NCBI GenBank assembly: GCA_000320545.1 | Contig: ADNK01002578.1 | Location: 1-41,453, forward strand | Reading direction: 5' to 3' | From: Bigelowiella natans CCMP2755 | Taxonomy: Eukaryota > Protista > Cercozoa | DNA: 41,453 nt | Shown: in pieces, positions 10,071-23,728 of the stretch | How positions within the stretch are numbered: the stretch's first letter is position 1 | How the letters are laid out: each line of letters begins with the position of its first letter | Notes under the pieces: model-generated | The model's database searches: none | What the model was told of the DNA's origin: nothing | What the model saw: the letters and a program-made list of their open reading frames with translations, nothing else | Translations under genes and position numbers: made by a program

Positions 10071-10839
10071 TGTGTGCGGCCCAGTTGGGGGGGGGGGGAT
10101 GGTGTGAAAAGCTTCTTCCAACAAGAATTCCCGTTGATTACGTATTTTGGTTTCTGACTGTTTAAACACAAAATTTCGTGTCGCTCTTGAAAAATAAAAG
10201 CAGTTTCATCAGAATAGGAACATTCCCCGAACTTTCCCCTTGTCACAGCGTTCCAAAATTTCCACACCAGGGAGAGAGCGAAAGCTCACTTTCCGCTCTT
10301 AGCAAGATTTATGTACATAATCTTTCGATGTTCCCCGCGTATAATATTTCCTAGAATCGAGTTTTGCAGCTGACGGGGAGGACTGCGTTGATCTTAGGAT
10401 GTTTCCGGTGCAAATAGTGATCTATATTGTACATCTTCCTCGAGGATCGATTCCCCCATTATTCCGTGTAGGAGGAAAAAGTAGCCCCCACCCCCACGAG
10501 CGTCGAAGCATCAATTGCATTTAGAGGATAGAGTGATAAGATATATGTTATGCCTGAAACGGTTGGAACATGCAGAAAGAGTCGTATCAATGTGTGTTCA
10601 TAAACTTGGTTCTCAAATTTGCACGTATCTCAGAAACAGGGGGCGTGTGGATAACCTTGTACTCGGCCATCTTCACCTTTCAATGCTGAATGAAATGTAG
10701 GCGGCTACCAACATCCACACAAGCGCTAATCAACCCCCAACATTAGAGAGAGGGCAGCCATGTAGAGAAGAGCCCTTCGTTCCCTTTCTGTTCCTCTTGA
10801 AAATAAAACTCCACTTCCCCTCACATACCCTATTATTCT

Positions 10840-11703
10840 GTGTCGGCAGGGGCGTTGTTATGTGTGGTCGCTCTGGTCTCATGGGATAGATTTCCCTTGT
10901 CCACAGCTCTGGCTCTGGTGCAAAGGAGGGACATAAGCTGCCGAAATCGCTGCAAGATGTGCGGGAGGCAGTTCAGCCACCGGCACCTCTTGGAAGTCCA
11001 CATGAAAATCGCGACGCACACGCAGACGGAGCCGATGTCGTGCATGGAGTGTGCGTTCCAGACGCGGAATTTCCTCGAGTTCAAAAGACACGTCCAGACG
11101 CACTCGTTCCACCAGCGGTCCTACTGTTGCCCCATCTGCAAGCGGATGTTCGCCGGTCGCCAAAGACTCCGAGAGCACGTGAGGAGAACGTGTGTGCGGC
11201 TGGAAGAGGTGCCATGCCCCACGTGCGGGCGGAAGTTCTCGACGCTGGCTAACGCCAAGGCTCACGTACGAACGCAGCACTTGAAGAACCGCAGGTTCGG
11301 CTGCGCGTATTGCGGGAGGTGGATGTGTAGGATGCGTGATCTGCTGGACCATCATGAGCGCTTCCACAACGAGCACCACCTCCTTTGCGCCGTCTGTGAG
11401 AAGGACTTGCACGCTTTCACCAATAAGGAGCAAAGCGAGCACATTCGATCGCACTCTAACTTGAGCAAGTTGCCCTCGTTCTCCATTCTCCCCAAGGGGC
11501 CTAGGACCTTGAGCAACAAGTACGTTTATAAGTGGATGAACTCCTCGTCTTCCCACGCTACATTGTCGCCCCCCAGCTCTTCAGGGGCATCGAATAGGAC
11601 GGAGGGATTTCCAATAATGGTGAACAGCATGATTCCGAAGCTAATTGGCGTGAGCAGGAGGAGGCGGCCTGGTGGCGATGACGAAGCGAGAAGGAACGAA
11701 TGA
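10840..11703 (+). CDS. C2H2 zinc-finger protein (~6 fingers); true start probably in an upstream exon
   Basis: Tandem C-x2-C...H-x3-5-H/C units: CKMC..HMKIATH, CMEC..HVQTH, CPIC, CPTC..HVRTQH, CAYC..HHERFH, CAVC..HIRSH. Confidence 0.88.
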   Translation: MSAGALLCVVALVSWDRFPLSTALALVQRRDISCRNRCKMCGRQFSHRHLLEVHMKIATHTQTEPMSCMECAFQTRNFLEFKRHVQTHSFHQRSYCCPICKRMFAGRQRLREHVRRTCVRLEEVPCPTCGRKFSTLANAKAHVRTQHLKNRRFGCAYCGRWMCRMRDLLDHHERFHNEHHLLCAVCEKDLHAFTNKEQSEHIRSHSNLSKLPSFSILPKGPRTLSNKYVYKWMNSSSSHATLSPPSSSGASNRTEGFPIMVNSMIPKLIGVSRRRRPGGDDEARRNE

Positions 11704-12526
11704 ATAACTGAAAGGCAGTTGATGACTATTTTTTCCACCAGGCATGCCATGGAGGCCTGTTACACGATAGATGTAATATGCAATTTATTCAGCACTTACC
11801 GTAATAATACATTAAGTTGCAGAGAGCTCATTTTATTATGCTAATAAACGCCTACTAGCGCACCAATTTGTGCACGTAAGCCTCTATACCTGTATAAAGG
11901 CGTGTGAATTATATGACAATAACTTGCATCTCATCTCATTGCCACAACAAACTGCATGCAACGCTCTTGTGCGTACTCTTCATATCTGGCTCGTTGTGCA
12001 TGCCACGCATGCAGCATCATACAGCTAATTCAGGGCGGTAGTTGTGCTATGCGCGTGCATTGTGCCCTCAAGGTCCGCTCCTGTACAAAGACACAAGTTC
12101 TCTAAAGGCACATGTCTCTGACTAATGGTGCAATAATAATGGTTATGTAGTAGGCTACGTAAACAATGTAATTGTACACTGATAACAACACACACAGCAT
12201 TGTAGCTACTATATATGCATGATGTAGAGTATTGACAACGACAGCTGTATATGTTGTATGCCCTATTATTGACCGGAATACATAAACTCAAGGACGCTGA
12301 GCAACGGCACTATATTTGTTATTAGTTGGCTATACTTAGAATACCGCTAAGCTCACTGTGCTACATGCAGCGATCAGTGTACTACATCGTGGCAGCACTA
12401 TCTCTCCGGCGTGCAATATAGTTATCTAACTAAGCTCGTGATGCCCTGATCCTTGTCCAGTTGGCAAGGTAAAAGGTTTCTGGAACGAAATACAATACAT
12501 CTGGTAATAACTGTGCGTGTCCCTCG

Positions 12527-12670
12527 TCAGCCTCCGATGGTCGTCATAGGGCGCATGGTGTCCTTAGCGATGTCGAACATCCCTGCGTGCCGTGCTTTCT
12601 TGCGCTGAGAGGGAGCAGGAAACGAAAAAGAAGTAGAAGAGGGAGGTAGAGACAGAAGGCGAGAGAGAAA

Positions 12671-12705
<35 letters not shown>

Positions 12706-12967
12706 GGAATGAGGGGATGGGGGGGGGAATTAGCGGTGACAACGAAGAGACGACATTGTAGTTGCGGATAATACGGGTAACCGATAATGATAATGATGTG
12801 GGACAATCGTCGTGTGATTGATTTGCTGGTAGCGACGACGAGGACCTGCAGTGTTTCGTGTATTATCATCTTGAGGTCACTATCTGCAGCCCCCTCCCTT
12901 ATTGCGTCCCGTAGGCTAACCTGCATGGATAAATAAATGCAAGCACTCAGGATATTGATGATGATGG

Positions 12968-12999
<32 letters not shown>

Positions 13000-14156
13000 A
13001 TCGTAGTTCGACCATCAGGCTCCCAAATGTTCTCACCACCATCATTCATAATTAGATCACTATTCTCACTATGTAATCAAGTGTTGGTGTGGGTAAATAG
13101 CACCTCTTCGTTGCCGAAAAGGCACGCCTGAATGATGAAAACGGAAGGGGTGGGAAGAGAGAGGGGGGTTGGGAGAAAGAATATTGAGAAGAGTGTAAGC
13201 GACCAACACATTACTTCTGACATTTTCCTCATCCTCTCTCCTAATCGTATACGTTCGGCCAAAGAGGCGACAAGCGCGGCGCGCGTGCGCGCGCACACAC
13301 ACACAGGGGGGGGGGGGGGGAGAGAGAGAGAGAGAGAGAAAGACCTTCAGGTTGCCATCGGCCGTGATGCGCACACGATTGCATGCTCCGCAAAAATGCT
13401 CTGTCATCGATGTGATGAACCCTACGCGTCCCTTCCACCCATCAACTTGCCACCTATCGCGATAACGAAGAGGGAGGAGGGAGGAGGGAGGGAGGGAAGG
13501 CGGAGGGCAGAGACGAAAATATTTTTTAAGCCCAAGTTACCATGATACCTCGATACAGGTGTTTCCCATGCATTGCAACGTTAGTAGGCTAGCATTAACC
13601 CCCCCCCCCCCCCCCCACTCCTTTTTTTTCTGTGTAATCAAATCGCATGCATATAAAATAAAGTAAATAATACGTGCGTGAGAAAAAATATAAATATGTG
13701 CATACATAATTATATTAAAAACATAAAGATGAAGTACAGTTTTGAGACTGCATTGGGTGCATCCTCGTGCCTGACTCGAGAGAACTCAGGGTATTTCCCC
13801 CTTATCTTCTCCACTAATTCTTGGTACGGAACCTTCGTAGGAACATTAACAATAGTAAACTAAAAATCAACGGCGTCCCTTGAAATAGATATATTTGCGT
13901 GTTTCTTAAACTTCCATACACGGGAAAAACGACGAGGAGAAATTCACTGTAATTAACAGAGCAGCTCTTAATTCCTCGCAGCCGTCTAGCATCTCATAAT
14001 GCCCCCCCCCCCCCCTCCTTTCCCGTATCTCACCAGTTTTGAACTATCCCATCGATTGCCATCGAATGGCATATACTCTATGAAGCGGACCTGAGTTGGG
14101 AGATAAAGAGAAAGGGGCTTGCGTCATTGATCCGACCAGGGTACACGTCACAAAAT

Positions 14157-14195
<39 letters not shown>

Positions 14196-14321
14196 TTCTA
14201 ATATCCCTATGGGAGCGCCCGGGGGGAAGGTTCTATACAATGTGATACCTCCAGCGGTCGCTCCTCTGCTAGCGCGGCGAAACCTACAAGAACATATTCC
14301 GCAATCAAGAATGGTAATTAT

Positions 14322-14359
<38 letters not shown>

Positions 14360-16284
14360 GTGTGCATGTGTACAGGGCGGCGTGTTTGAAGAAAGAGGGA
14401 AAGGGAAAGATCGCATCGCGACATTCTCTGCTACTACGGCGATCGATGTGACTTTTGTGTGGCGACGAAACACTCACTGCTTACCCTCAACGTCCTCATC
14501 GTTGACGCCTCTAATGATTACCGCGTTCACTTTCGTCTGAAGGGGACCGGGCGGGGGGTAGGGGGGGGGGGACAGATGAGTTACGAGAAAACAGAATTGC
14601 TGGTGCTCTGAGGCGTCGATGGCATTCGATCTGGAGCGTGTGTATTCGTTCTGTATGTTGTGGTTGTTTCCCCGGCCTCCTCGATACTGTTTCTTCGTTT
14701 GTTTAGGAACGGTAGTAATCATGGGATGATGTTCTCACACTGCTGCTGCTGCTGCTGCTACTACTACTACTACCTTGATTCCGTGGTCTAAGCAGGTCTG
14801 GACGGAGTCCATAACCTGCGACATTATTAACAGCATAATATGGTGAGTGCGTGGAGATGTGCTCACTACTAGCAAGGGGGGGGAGGGGAAGAGGGATGAA
14901 GATGCCGCAGACAAACCACATACCGGTTTTACACAATCCATGGCCACTCCTCCCCCCCCCCCCCCCCCGTCGTTTGCAGACATGCATTTTTTGCCAACAT
15001 CAACATGGACACCACCTTCTCCATGCCGTTTCTCCGTGTTAGGAGCTGGAACTTGAAGGGGTCTAACGTATCCAGCGACACATTCACCTGTGCGAAGACA
15101 AGCAGGTGTAATTGATAGGGGCGCATGAGGAGAGGTGCACAAGTGCTGAGCTTTCCCACAGCAACACGAGCTTTTAGTGCCGTTAGATCGACGACCGCAA
15201 AGTGATAAAATACACAAAACGCACAACGCAAAGAAAAAGGAAAGAGAAAAAAGGAGGAAAAACGTAGAGGATGCAGATGTAAAATTTAGAGGATGCAGAT
15301 GTAAAATTTTCCTTTTCGCTCGCGTGTGCGGCTCACACTGCGGGGCTCGTACCGAATCCAAACCAGCGGTTTTCAGCTCCGGCACCTTTCTTCCCAACGT
15401 AATACCGTTTGTGGTCATGGCTATTTCACGTAGTCCCTGTATTATAGTAATGATCGTTAAGGGGAGGGGGGAATCTGGAGGCTGCCGCGTCGCTACTCGT
15501 TCATTTTGCACATGATGTGCCAAGGAGGGGTCTGGTTAGACAGGTACCAACCAATGGCTTGAGTTCAGAGGTTGCTGCCACAATGTCGTGAAGGTCCTTT
15601 CGTAGCAAAGGCTCCCCGCCTGTGAATCTGGGGATGGGTGGGGGGTATGAATAGTCAACTTGCCGAAACAACCTGAAACGTCTGATTTCTGCGGTCTATC
15701 ATTGGGTTATTACGTGGAACCATACACACAGGCGGCAGCAGCTACCTGATCCTATTCACACCCTCTCCGATGAACACACGCACGATGCGGTTGATCTCCT
15801 CCGCTGAGAGAAGCTCCTCCTTTGGCGTGAGCTGCACGCCCTCCTCCGGCATGCAATACTAGAGAATTAGGAAACACAAGTAGCGCATTGTTAGCACGAT
15901 CCTCTCTAAAAAATAATATAGACTTGACAGGGGGGGGGCGCCGTGAGAAGTGGGTGGTGGTGGGGGAAATACCGTGCAGCGTAGATTGCAGCGTTCCGTG
16001 AGGGAGATGCGAAGATAGTTATGAAAACGGCCAAAGCGGTCCTCGAGCATTTGCTTCGGGGCGCCTTTTTGTAAATTTGAACGTTGGCTAGAGTCTTTGG
16101 TCATATTGCTAGCATGTTTCTCTGGTAGCTTAGCCTTGGGATTGGGTGCTTTCGACGAGTGTGCAGCGCCTCGGATCAGCGACGAGAGCCACCGAACTCC
16201 AATTCGCTTCATCGCCCTTCTCCACCTAGCCGTTAACAAACACGAACCAAGTAGGAATAACAAGGAAATGGAAATCATTCCCAT
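12527..16284 (-). CDS. CNX2: GTP 3',8-cyclase, molybdenum cofactor biosynthesis protein A (MoaA/CNX2/MOCS1A), multi-exon, probable N-terminal targeting peptide
   Basis: [25 protein letters not shown]|YCMPEEG (radical SAM CxxxCxxC), [72 protein letters not shown]|ACLFG, and C-terminal RPMTTIGG*. Confidence 0.95.
15265..15308. repeat. 22-bp tandem duplication in a CNX2 intron
   Basis: TAGAGGATGCAGATGTAAAATT occurs twice in tandem. Confidence 0.9.
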
Positions 16285-17730
16285 TGCTCAGAACGGCGTT
16301 TAAATGGGGATCGACGGGAGCTGAAGTAGAAACAAGGTCTTGAATGGTCAAAAGGTCGCCCATTGTAGTGGTTTTGGTGCAGCTGCGTGTTTACCTGTAG
16401 AACCCCCCGCCAACCTTGCTTCTCAATCCCTCGAATTCTACCCCCTAAAGGATGTCCAATGATCAGCTGGGCATGTACATGCTTCACTCTGCTACATTTC
16501 AGGGTTCTGCGACGACGAACGACGAACGAGGCCAACGCTCTCTACCTTCTCAGCGAGAATCCGGAGTCAAAACGACCCCTTTCGTAGCAAGGACCACGGC
16601 CAAATTGCGTGCTTCACGCGTGAGGATGAAGGTGGTTCTAGGGCCCTGGAAGGTGGTCTGGTCTCGGCTACGAGCTGCAACAGAGAGGGGGTCGGTCGGG
16701 AGCGAGCTGGGGTGAGTTCGGGATTTTGCCGCAGCCGGATCGCACAAATCCCCTGCGTTTCGACCAAAAATCATGGTATTGTGGCCATTAGGCGTTAGTG
16801 GAAGTGTCTTCGTTCTCATCAGGATTTCCAACAAATCAGGAAGAAAAGCCAGGACGAAAACCCGAGAGGAAAGGAAGAAATCCGCCCCCATTTCGCATTC
16901 CCACCGTTGCTCCACAGCCCGGGCAAATCAAAGAACCGGGAACATGCGAGGAGGACGCTCTTCCCGAAGAGAGCGGCCGTGCGGCTTATAACTAGATAAG
17001 CAGTCGATTGGGTGTTGTCGCTCGCAACAAACGAAGGCGGATCAGGAAAAGCACCAGCTGCTTTACCCGAAGCCTGCCGATTAGGGCGCCGCTCTCAGAA
17101 AGCTGCACCTCTGTTGTTCATAGCGGCGGCAGCTTCCCGCGCAACGATTCCGCTGGGGAAGAAAGCGGCGGCAGCTGCGCGTGGCGTGTCGCCATCAGTG
17201 GCGCTTATTTCCTGGTTGGCCCTCTTTCTCGCCGCACGCACGGACGAGCCGAAGGCGGCCTCTCGCGCTGCAAACGGCATCTTGTCAAACGGGTAGTTGC
17301 TGATAGTACTATTCGAGTTCGTGGGGATGCAAACGATAAGATGTGTGTTCGTCCTTGAACCCCTTGCAGGCTCGGTGATTTCGTGTCCAAATCGCAGCGG
17401 TTCCCGCCCATCCGTCACAGGCCGATGCAAATGATTATCCCAACCGCTGGGAAGATGGTGCGTGGAGGGAACAACTGGATGGCACGTTTTTCGATGGAGA
17501 AGGCGGCGCTTGCTGTCCGTTGTAGTCAGTATTCGGGACTACGGCCAAGAAGATGCCTCTTCCCGTCGATGCAGCGAAGTAAAAGAAGAAGAAACAGCAA
17601 CAAAGTTCTCCTCTCCCGGTGCCACACCCTTTCTGGGGGTGCGCAGGAAAGCGATACAAGACATTCTTCCATTCGAGCACAACGAACGGGTCGCGTAGAA
17701 AATGGTAACTTCTCCGAGGGAAAAGGAGAA

Positions 17731-18924
17731 ATGGAGTGGACGCCTTTGAACATATCACTGGAGGAGCTTAGGCCGTCGCTTACACTTAACACAGGTGAGG
17801 GTACCGATTATTGAGATGGCACTGACAGTATTAGTCTAAGTTGAATGTGAATGATAGCAACAATAAGCCCTTTCAATACCAATGTACGATTTTGCTGGTG
17901 CATAATTGAAAGTCTTCGGATAGGATAAAAGCCCCACGATCTTTCTCTGCAATATGGTGCTAAGTGCTGAATATTGGTCCTTTATATAGGGCAGAGCTTC
18001 CGGTGGGCGCAGCGCGAAAAGTCATGTCTTCTCCTTCACTTATCTCTTTGCTTGTGTGGATTTAGCCTGCGTCTAGATTTGTACTTTTGTATTTGTATCA
18101 CAATAGAATATAGGCAAGATTTGCTTCATCCCTCCTCTCTCCAAATTAAATGAACTGCTCTTACTGTCACCACAATGCTAATACCTCCCAGGCACAAGAA
18201 TGAGTTCGTTGGAGTGATTGCCGATAGGGTACTTTGCATACTATACTCTCCCTGTGATGATAATGACGATAGTAATATTGATGATTAACAATAATCATGC
18301 TCATCATCGTCCTCATGATGCCTCGCGGTGGTGGTGTGGCTGCGAGTAGGTGATAATCATCCGAGAGGGAGAGAGCGGGGCATTCTTTCGTCAGGCTCTG
18401 CCGCAGCTCAACGCTCTTGATTCCACCACTGCAGCTCCAACGCTCAAAGCTACCACTACAGCTGAAAGCTCTTCTTTCTCGCCATTATCATCGTCATCGT
18501 TGTCTCCATTGCCGCCGTCGTCATCAATGTCTAACAACGTTCCTTCAAACGCGAACATCACAACCGAAAGCCTTCTCCGTGATTACTTGAATCTCGACAT
18601 CGCCTTCATTAGGGTGGGGGGAGAGGGCGGCGCAGGGCTAGATGCCCACGATAGTATCCTCTCGTCGTCTCGGCCAAACACGTCATCATCCAAAATCGGT
18701 GTTACAGACGACGAAAGTGAAAGGGAATTGCTAGCCACGCTTGGAGAGCTGCATGCAGACTTTTCTAAGAGTACGTAAGAAGGAGGAGGAGGAGGAAAAG
18801 GGACGAGGGAGATTGACAAATTCTTTCCTGCATGTATATTTCACCTCCTCCCCGCATTCTCTCTCTCTTTCTCTCTCTCTCTTTCTTCCTTCCCCCCCCC
18901 ATCCCCCCTCCTGCGCGCGTAAAT

Positions 18925-18972
<48 letters not shown>

Positions 18973-21087
18973 TTATATCATATGTACCTACCAGACGATG
19001 AAAGGTTTGCATACATTCAGCCTTATTTTAAAGGAGCGCGCGTGATGCGACGGGTCAAGATATAGTGGGGATGGGTAAGAGTAGATTATAAGAGAGGGGG
19101 GGGGGTGGGGTGTGAACAAAGAGCGGAAGAGACTACGATGCGCATTACTACGCTTCTTATTCTTCCCTTCCGCGGGATGGTTACAGCTAACTCTGTGTGC
19201 TGGTCCTTCTGCATAGCCGCCGATCGAATGTCTCTTCTCCTTTATCTGCTCCAGCAACAACAATATTCAGTAATAATAATGATGTTCGTTGATAAGCACT
19301 TTTATTATCTCGTTTTGCCGACGTCGAGGGAGATGGAGAAAGAGGAGGAGGAGGAGGAGGAGGAAGAGGAAGATGATAGTCAGCAATTAGGGAGAGGAAC
19401 ACCGAACAACAGCGCCACCGATTCCCCACCCCCCCCCCCCCTCTCTCTCTCTCTCTGTCTCTCTCTATCATATATTAATATACCTAATGTTAATGCATTA
19501 ACAGTACCGCGGTGCACAGAGAGAAGAAGGAGAAGAAGAAGAAGAAGAATTTTTGTGCCGCATGGAGATGTGCTTCATGGAGAGCGAACGGTGGAAAAAC
19601 GATTGTTTTCCTTTTGTCGCCTCCTCCCTCCCCTCCCCAAGTGCTCATTATTCCCCGTCTCCATCGTAGACGCATAACCGGGATGGTAGATCGCCTCTGC
19701 CAAGCATATGGCACGAAACTAGGTGCTAACGGATGATGATGATGATGGTGATGATGAGTAGGAGGAGGAGGGGGAGAAGCTGAAGCAGAAGGGCGATGAT
19801 AGTAGTCACATGTTGATGACAACAATAACTATATGTGGATATGATGAATGCGTGTATTCGTGATCCGTGTATGCGTGTATGCGTGTGTGTGTGTGTGTGT
19901 GTGTGTGCTAATATATACCTTTGCATACGTTCGAAGGTTCATTTGACGGCCATGACTTCTACACGTTCCCGTCGCTTAAACAACTGAAACGGTGAGAGCT
20001 ATATGCTCCTCCTCCTCCTCCTCCTCCTCCTCCTCCTCCTCGCATGCAATGATGATACCGATGGTTGGCGACGAGGAGTAATCGTTGTTCGTGGCCAAGT
20101 AGTATGACAGCTTCATGTACTCTAAATAGAGTCCTTCGTTCGGCACTTGCCATCTTCAATATTATATGTATCACCACACTTCTCCTCCCCCTGCGTATTT
20201 GGTCCTGCGCGTTTCTTAATAGCATTTTGTGGTTGGTGTAAGTGCGACAGAGGAAGAGTTGAGGGGAATGGGGTTCGGATACAGAGCCAAGGTATCTAAC
20301 AACCTAACGTAGCTGCACACCCAAAACGCGCATATATAACACATGGACCCGCACCAACACACCTCGCATTCCTGCAGTACATCGTCGGCACAGCTGCGAT
20401 GCTCGATAAGCTAGGCGGAGAGGAGGCGCTGATAAATCTCAGGTAGATAGTGCAAGGACGACGTTGTGGAGAAGCAAATATGCAATGCAGCTTTTCCTTT
20501 TACTCCCACATAGGGGGCAGAGTCGAGAAAGCGCACACAAGTTCCTCACACAACTTCCAGGCGTTGGAGAAAAGGTTTCTACGGCAAAAGGCTGCATGTA
20601 GCAAGGGTTTGGGGGAAGAGCGTGTGGGTGGGGTTATTTAGACTGATATTATTTGAACTCGTTGCTCATGTAGCTATCAAATCCTTGCGTCCTTTGTAGG
20701 TCGCCAGTTGTGTGTGCCTATTTTCGCTCGACAAGCACGACGATGTACCTGTCGATACTCATGTGTGGCAGATTGCGAACAGGGATTACGGCCTGAATTT
20801 GCATGGTACGGTCGCATCTCATGACGGCAAAGCACGTGAAGTGGGCATCACACATGCACACACATGCACATGCGTGTGTGTGTTGTTCTGATCTGTGGAC
20901 TCTGTCCGTTATTGCTCTCATAGGCAAGACGATGACTCCGAAGGTCCACCGTCAAATCGGTGAGTTTTTCCGCGGCAAGTTCGGTGGATTTGCCGGATGG
21001 GCACACCACGTTTTGTTTCTCGCAGATCTCAGAGAATTGAAGCACCACCTTCCTTCTGATTTGCCCGATGGAACTTCAAAAGTTTAG
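17731..21087 (+). CDS. OGG1: 8-oxoguanine DNA glycosylase/AP lyase, multi-exon (start may lie upstream near 17425)
   Basis: [11 protein letters not shown]|[59 protein letters not shown], HhH LPGVGEK|[26 protein letters not shown] (catalytic Lys and Asp present), [13 protein letters not shown]. Confidence 0.95.
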
Positions 21088-21799
21088 AAAGAAGTTGCAA
21101 ACAACCATCTCGTCGCAATCATGCGTGTGCGCATGCACATTGCTTTTCCAAAGCATCGATCGTGATGAATTCATGCATACGCGTTGTGATTTCTGTGTGC
21201 GTGTCGCGATGCGTGGAAACGAGGCAGACAGGCATGGCATGACATGTCCAGAAGCGCAGGCTGCAGCAGGAATCATGCACCAGCACATCAGTTTTCCACA
21301 TTGCCAGAGCTAGAGAGTGCACATCGCATCAGCGCAGCTAGGCAGGTGTCACGGGCAACCATGAATGAATGAATGAAATGACAAATGAATGAAGCATCAG
21401 CAGTGACCTCCATCTCTAGATCTGTGTGGACGCACACTGAGCACGATCGATGAGCATGACCATCGAACTTCCCACTTGCAAAAGCAGCAACTCTGTGTGC
21501 AAGCAGGGCACATGCCAGACCCCCGTTTTCAGTTTCAATTCCCTACTGCAATCAGTAGACCTAGGGGAAATAACCGCAAAATTCACAACCCAAAACATCA
21601 CCTACTGCATGAATCTGCAGGCAGCGCCATTCATTACACGTTGCAACCAACATCCGGACGCACGCTGCTTCCGACAATGCACGAAAAACCACACGTTGAC
21701 GACATAACAATACCTTTGTCGCAGGTAACAATTGGACTGGGTTTTCTCGGTTTTTTTACCACACATTATTTGTAGTTTCCTCAAAACCCAACCGGAGAA

Positions 21800-23689
21800 A
21801 TGGCCAGTGCAATGAGGTTTTGGAAGGATTTGGAGAATGGGACTAAAGTCGCCCCCCTCCTGAGGAAACACTCACTCCAAGATCTTAAGCTAAGCGATGT
21901 CAAGGTGAGCAATGGGGATACCCTCACCAATAAGGCCAGGTCATTGAAGTTGTTCAATTTCTTTTGACACACAAACACACATACCGCGCTTACACTGTTT
22001 TCTCCCTTTCAGTTGGAGGTCGACAGGCATAGTGTGCACGCTGGGTCCTGGCAGCGAGGAAGTTTCTCTCATGGAAAAACTTATTGAGGTCGTATTTGCG
22101 AACGTGGCTGTGCTCTGTGGGATGTTGTCAGAATACATTCAAAATTGTAACACATCGAGAAAACCTGATGATGATAGGCCGGACTCGATGTGGCACGATT
22201 CAATTTCTCTCACGGAACGTAAGCTATGGCAGCATTTCCTGTATGAGAAGAAGAAGAAGGGCGGAGAGCCATCGTAAATGGGGATGCAAAGCAAGCCTGT
22301 CGCAAATACACGTGATACTATATTCCATCGACTTGACGTGTTCATGCAGTCTCAAAAACATCTGCATCTCCCATACACGCCACACGCAGACACATGTACC
22401 TATGAGGAAGTCAGTTTGCTTGCATTTTGGTGCTCCGATGTTAGACATGAATATCACAAAGCGATGATGAAGAAGGTCAGGAAAGCCGCGGAGAACATGG
22501 GACGGTGCGTGCCGGGCACAACATCACTACGCAGAACGTATAAACGCATGTAAAGCGGGTTCGTAGGCATCCGGAAAACGCTCGCCTACTCCATAAAACT
22601 GATAACTAGAGGCCCGTTATGCGAGGCTCATATAATTTTCGATCTGGTACGATGCCGATGGTAGGATGGTGGCGCTGGCACTTGACACAAAAGGACCAGA
22701 AATACGCACGGGCACGTTCCCTGAGGGCGATGTGTACGTCGTTTTGACTGAACTTTCCCCTCAGAGAGAACTACTCCATCCTTGAAGCGCCTCTTCGATT
22801 CTCTCTCCTTCCCCGCGTTTGTCGTAACAAGTTTTACGTGAAACATGCATATATTATCAGAGAGTTGAAAAAGGGTTCCAAGGTGACTATTACGACGGAC
22901 GACGCTTTCCAGCATAAAGGCAGCGCCGAGAAATTCTGGGTAGTGCTGCTGCCAATGGGCATGCTGAGTCTTAGAAGTTGAACATGATAAAGCAACATTG
23001 CAAGCGTAGCAGTAGAGCAGAGCGCGGTGGTGGTTATTGTTGTTGTTATTATTGTTGTTGTTATTGCCGATTTTCTTAAGGTGACTTACAAGGACATCGG
23101 CGACTCACTGGAGAAGGGCATGACTGTCTTCATTGACGATGGCCTATTGAGCCTTACGGTAGTAGAGAGCCTCCACGATTTGCTCAGTGAAAATTAGCAT
23201 CGTTCAATCTTCTTTGCCTCCCTCATAGCCGCCGCTCTCAATGCTTGAAACAACAGGTTGAGGCCATTGAGGGAAAGGACGTTCACTGCATCATTTCGAA
23301 CGGAGGCATCATCTCGGTATGAATGCAGTGTCTATGTTTTTATCTACCATATGCTCGGGCTCTTCTTTTAATGTGTCGTCACCGTCGTTGTTTCTGCTGC
23401 GGTTGCTTGTGTTACTATTGCATCGTGTGCACAGAATAGGAAGGGAGTGAATCTTCCAGGAGCAAAGGTATTACTACTACTACTACTACTAGTAGTAGTA
23501 GTAGTAGTAGCAGGGGGGGGGGAGGAAAGGAAGAGGATGGAGATGCTATATACGTCCGCGCCGTCCTCAAAATCCAGAACTATGATAGCGAGTCAACGTG
23601 TGGCCGTATGCCAAGATTCTTGCCGCCCTTCCCTCCTTACGATGCAGTTGGTATCGACGTGCCGTTGTGTGTGAGATTGTTGTGCTCTA

Positions 23690-23728
<39 letters not shown>

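Noticed and set aside
11750-12520. TpA-depleted patch at the zinc-finger / CNX2 convergence
   Set aside because: Only ~11920-12080 shows a weak TGCA/CATG bias and the rest has normal TAA/TAT. Not counted; it is a partial counter-example to the 3'-end rule.
12300-12530. MOCS1A/MOCS1B-type bicistronic or fused MoaC downstream of CNX2
   Set aside because: No MoaC-like sequence is recognisable after the GG* terminus.
13454-13740. Non-canonical splice site or microexon in CNX2
   Set aside because: A single canonical GT-AG intron restores SKL|[13 protein letters not shown].
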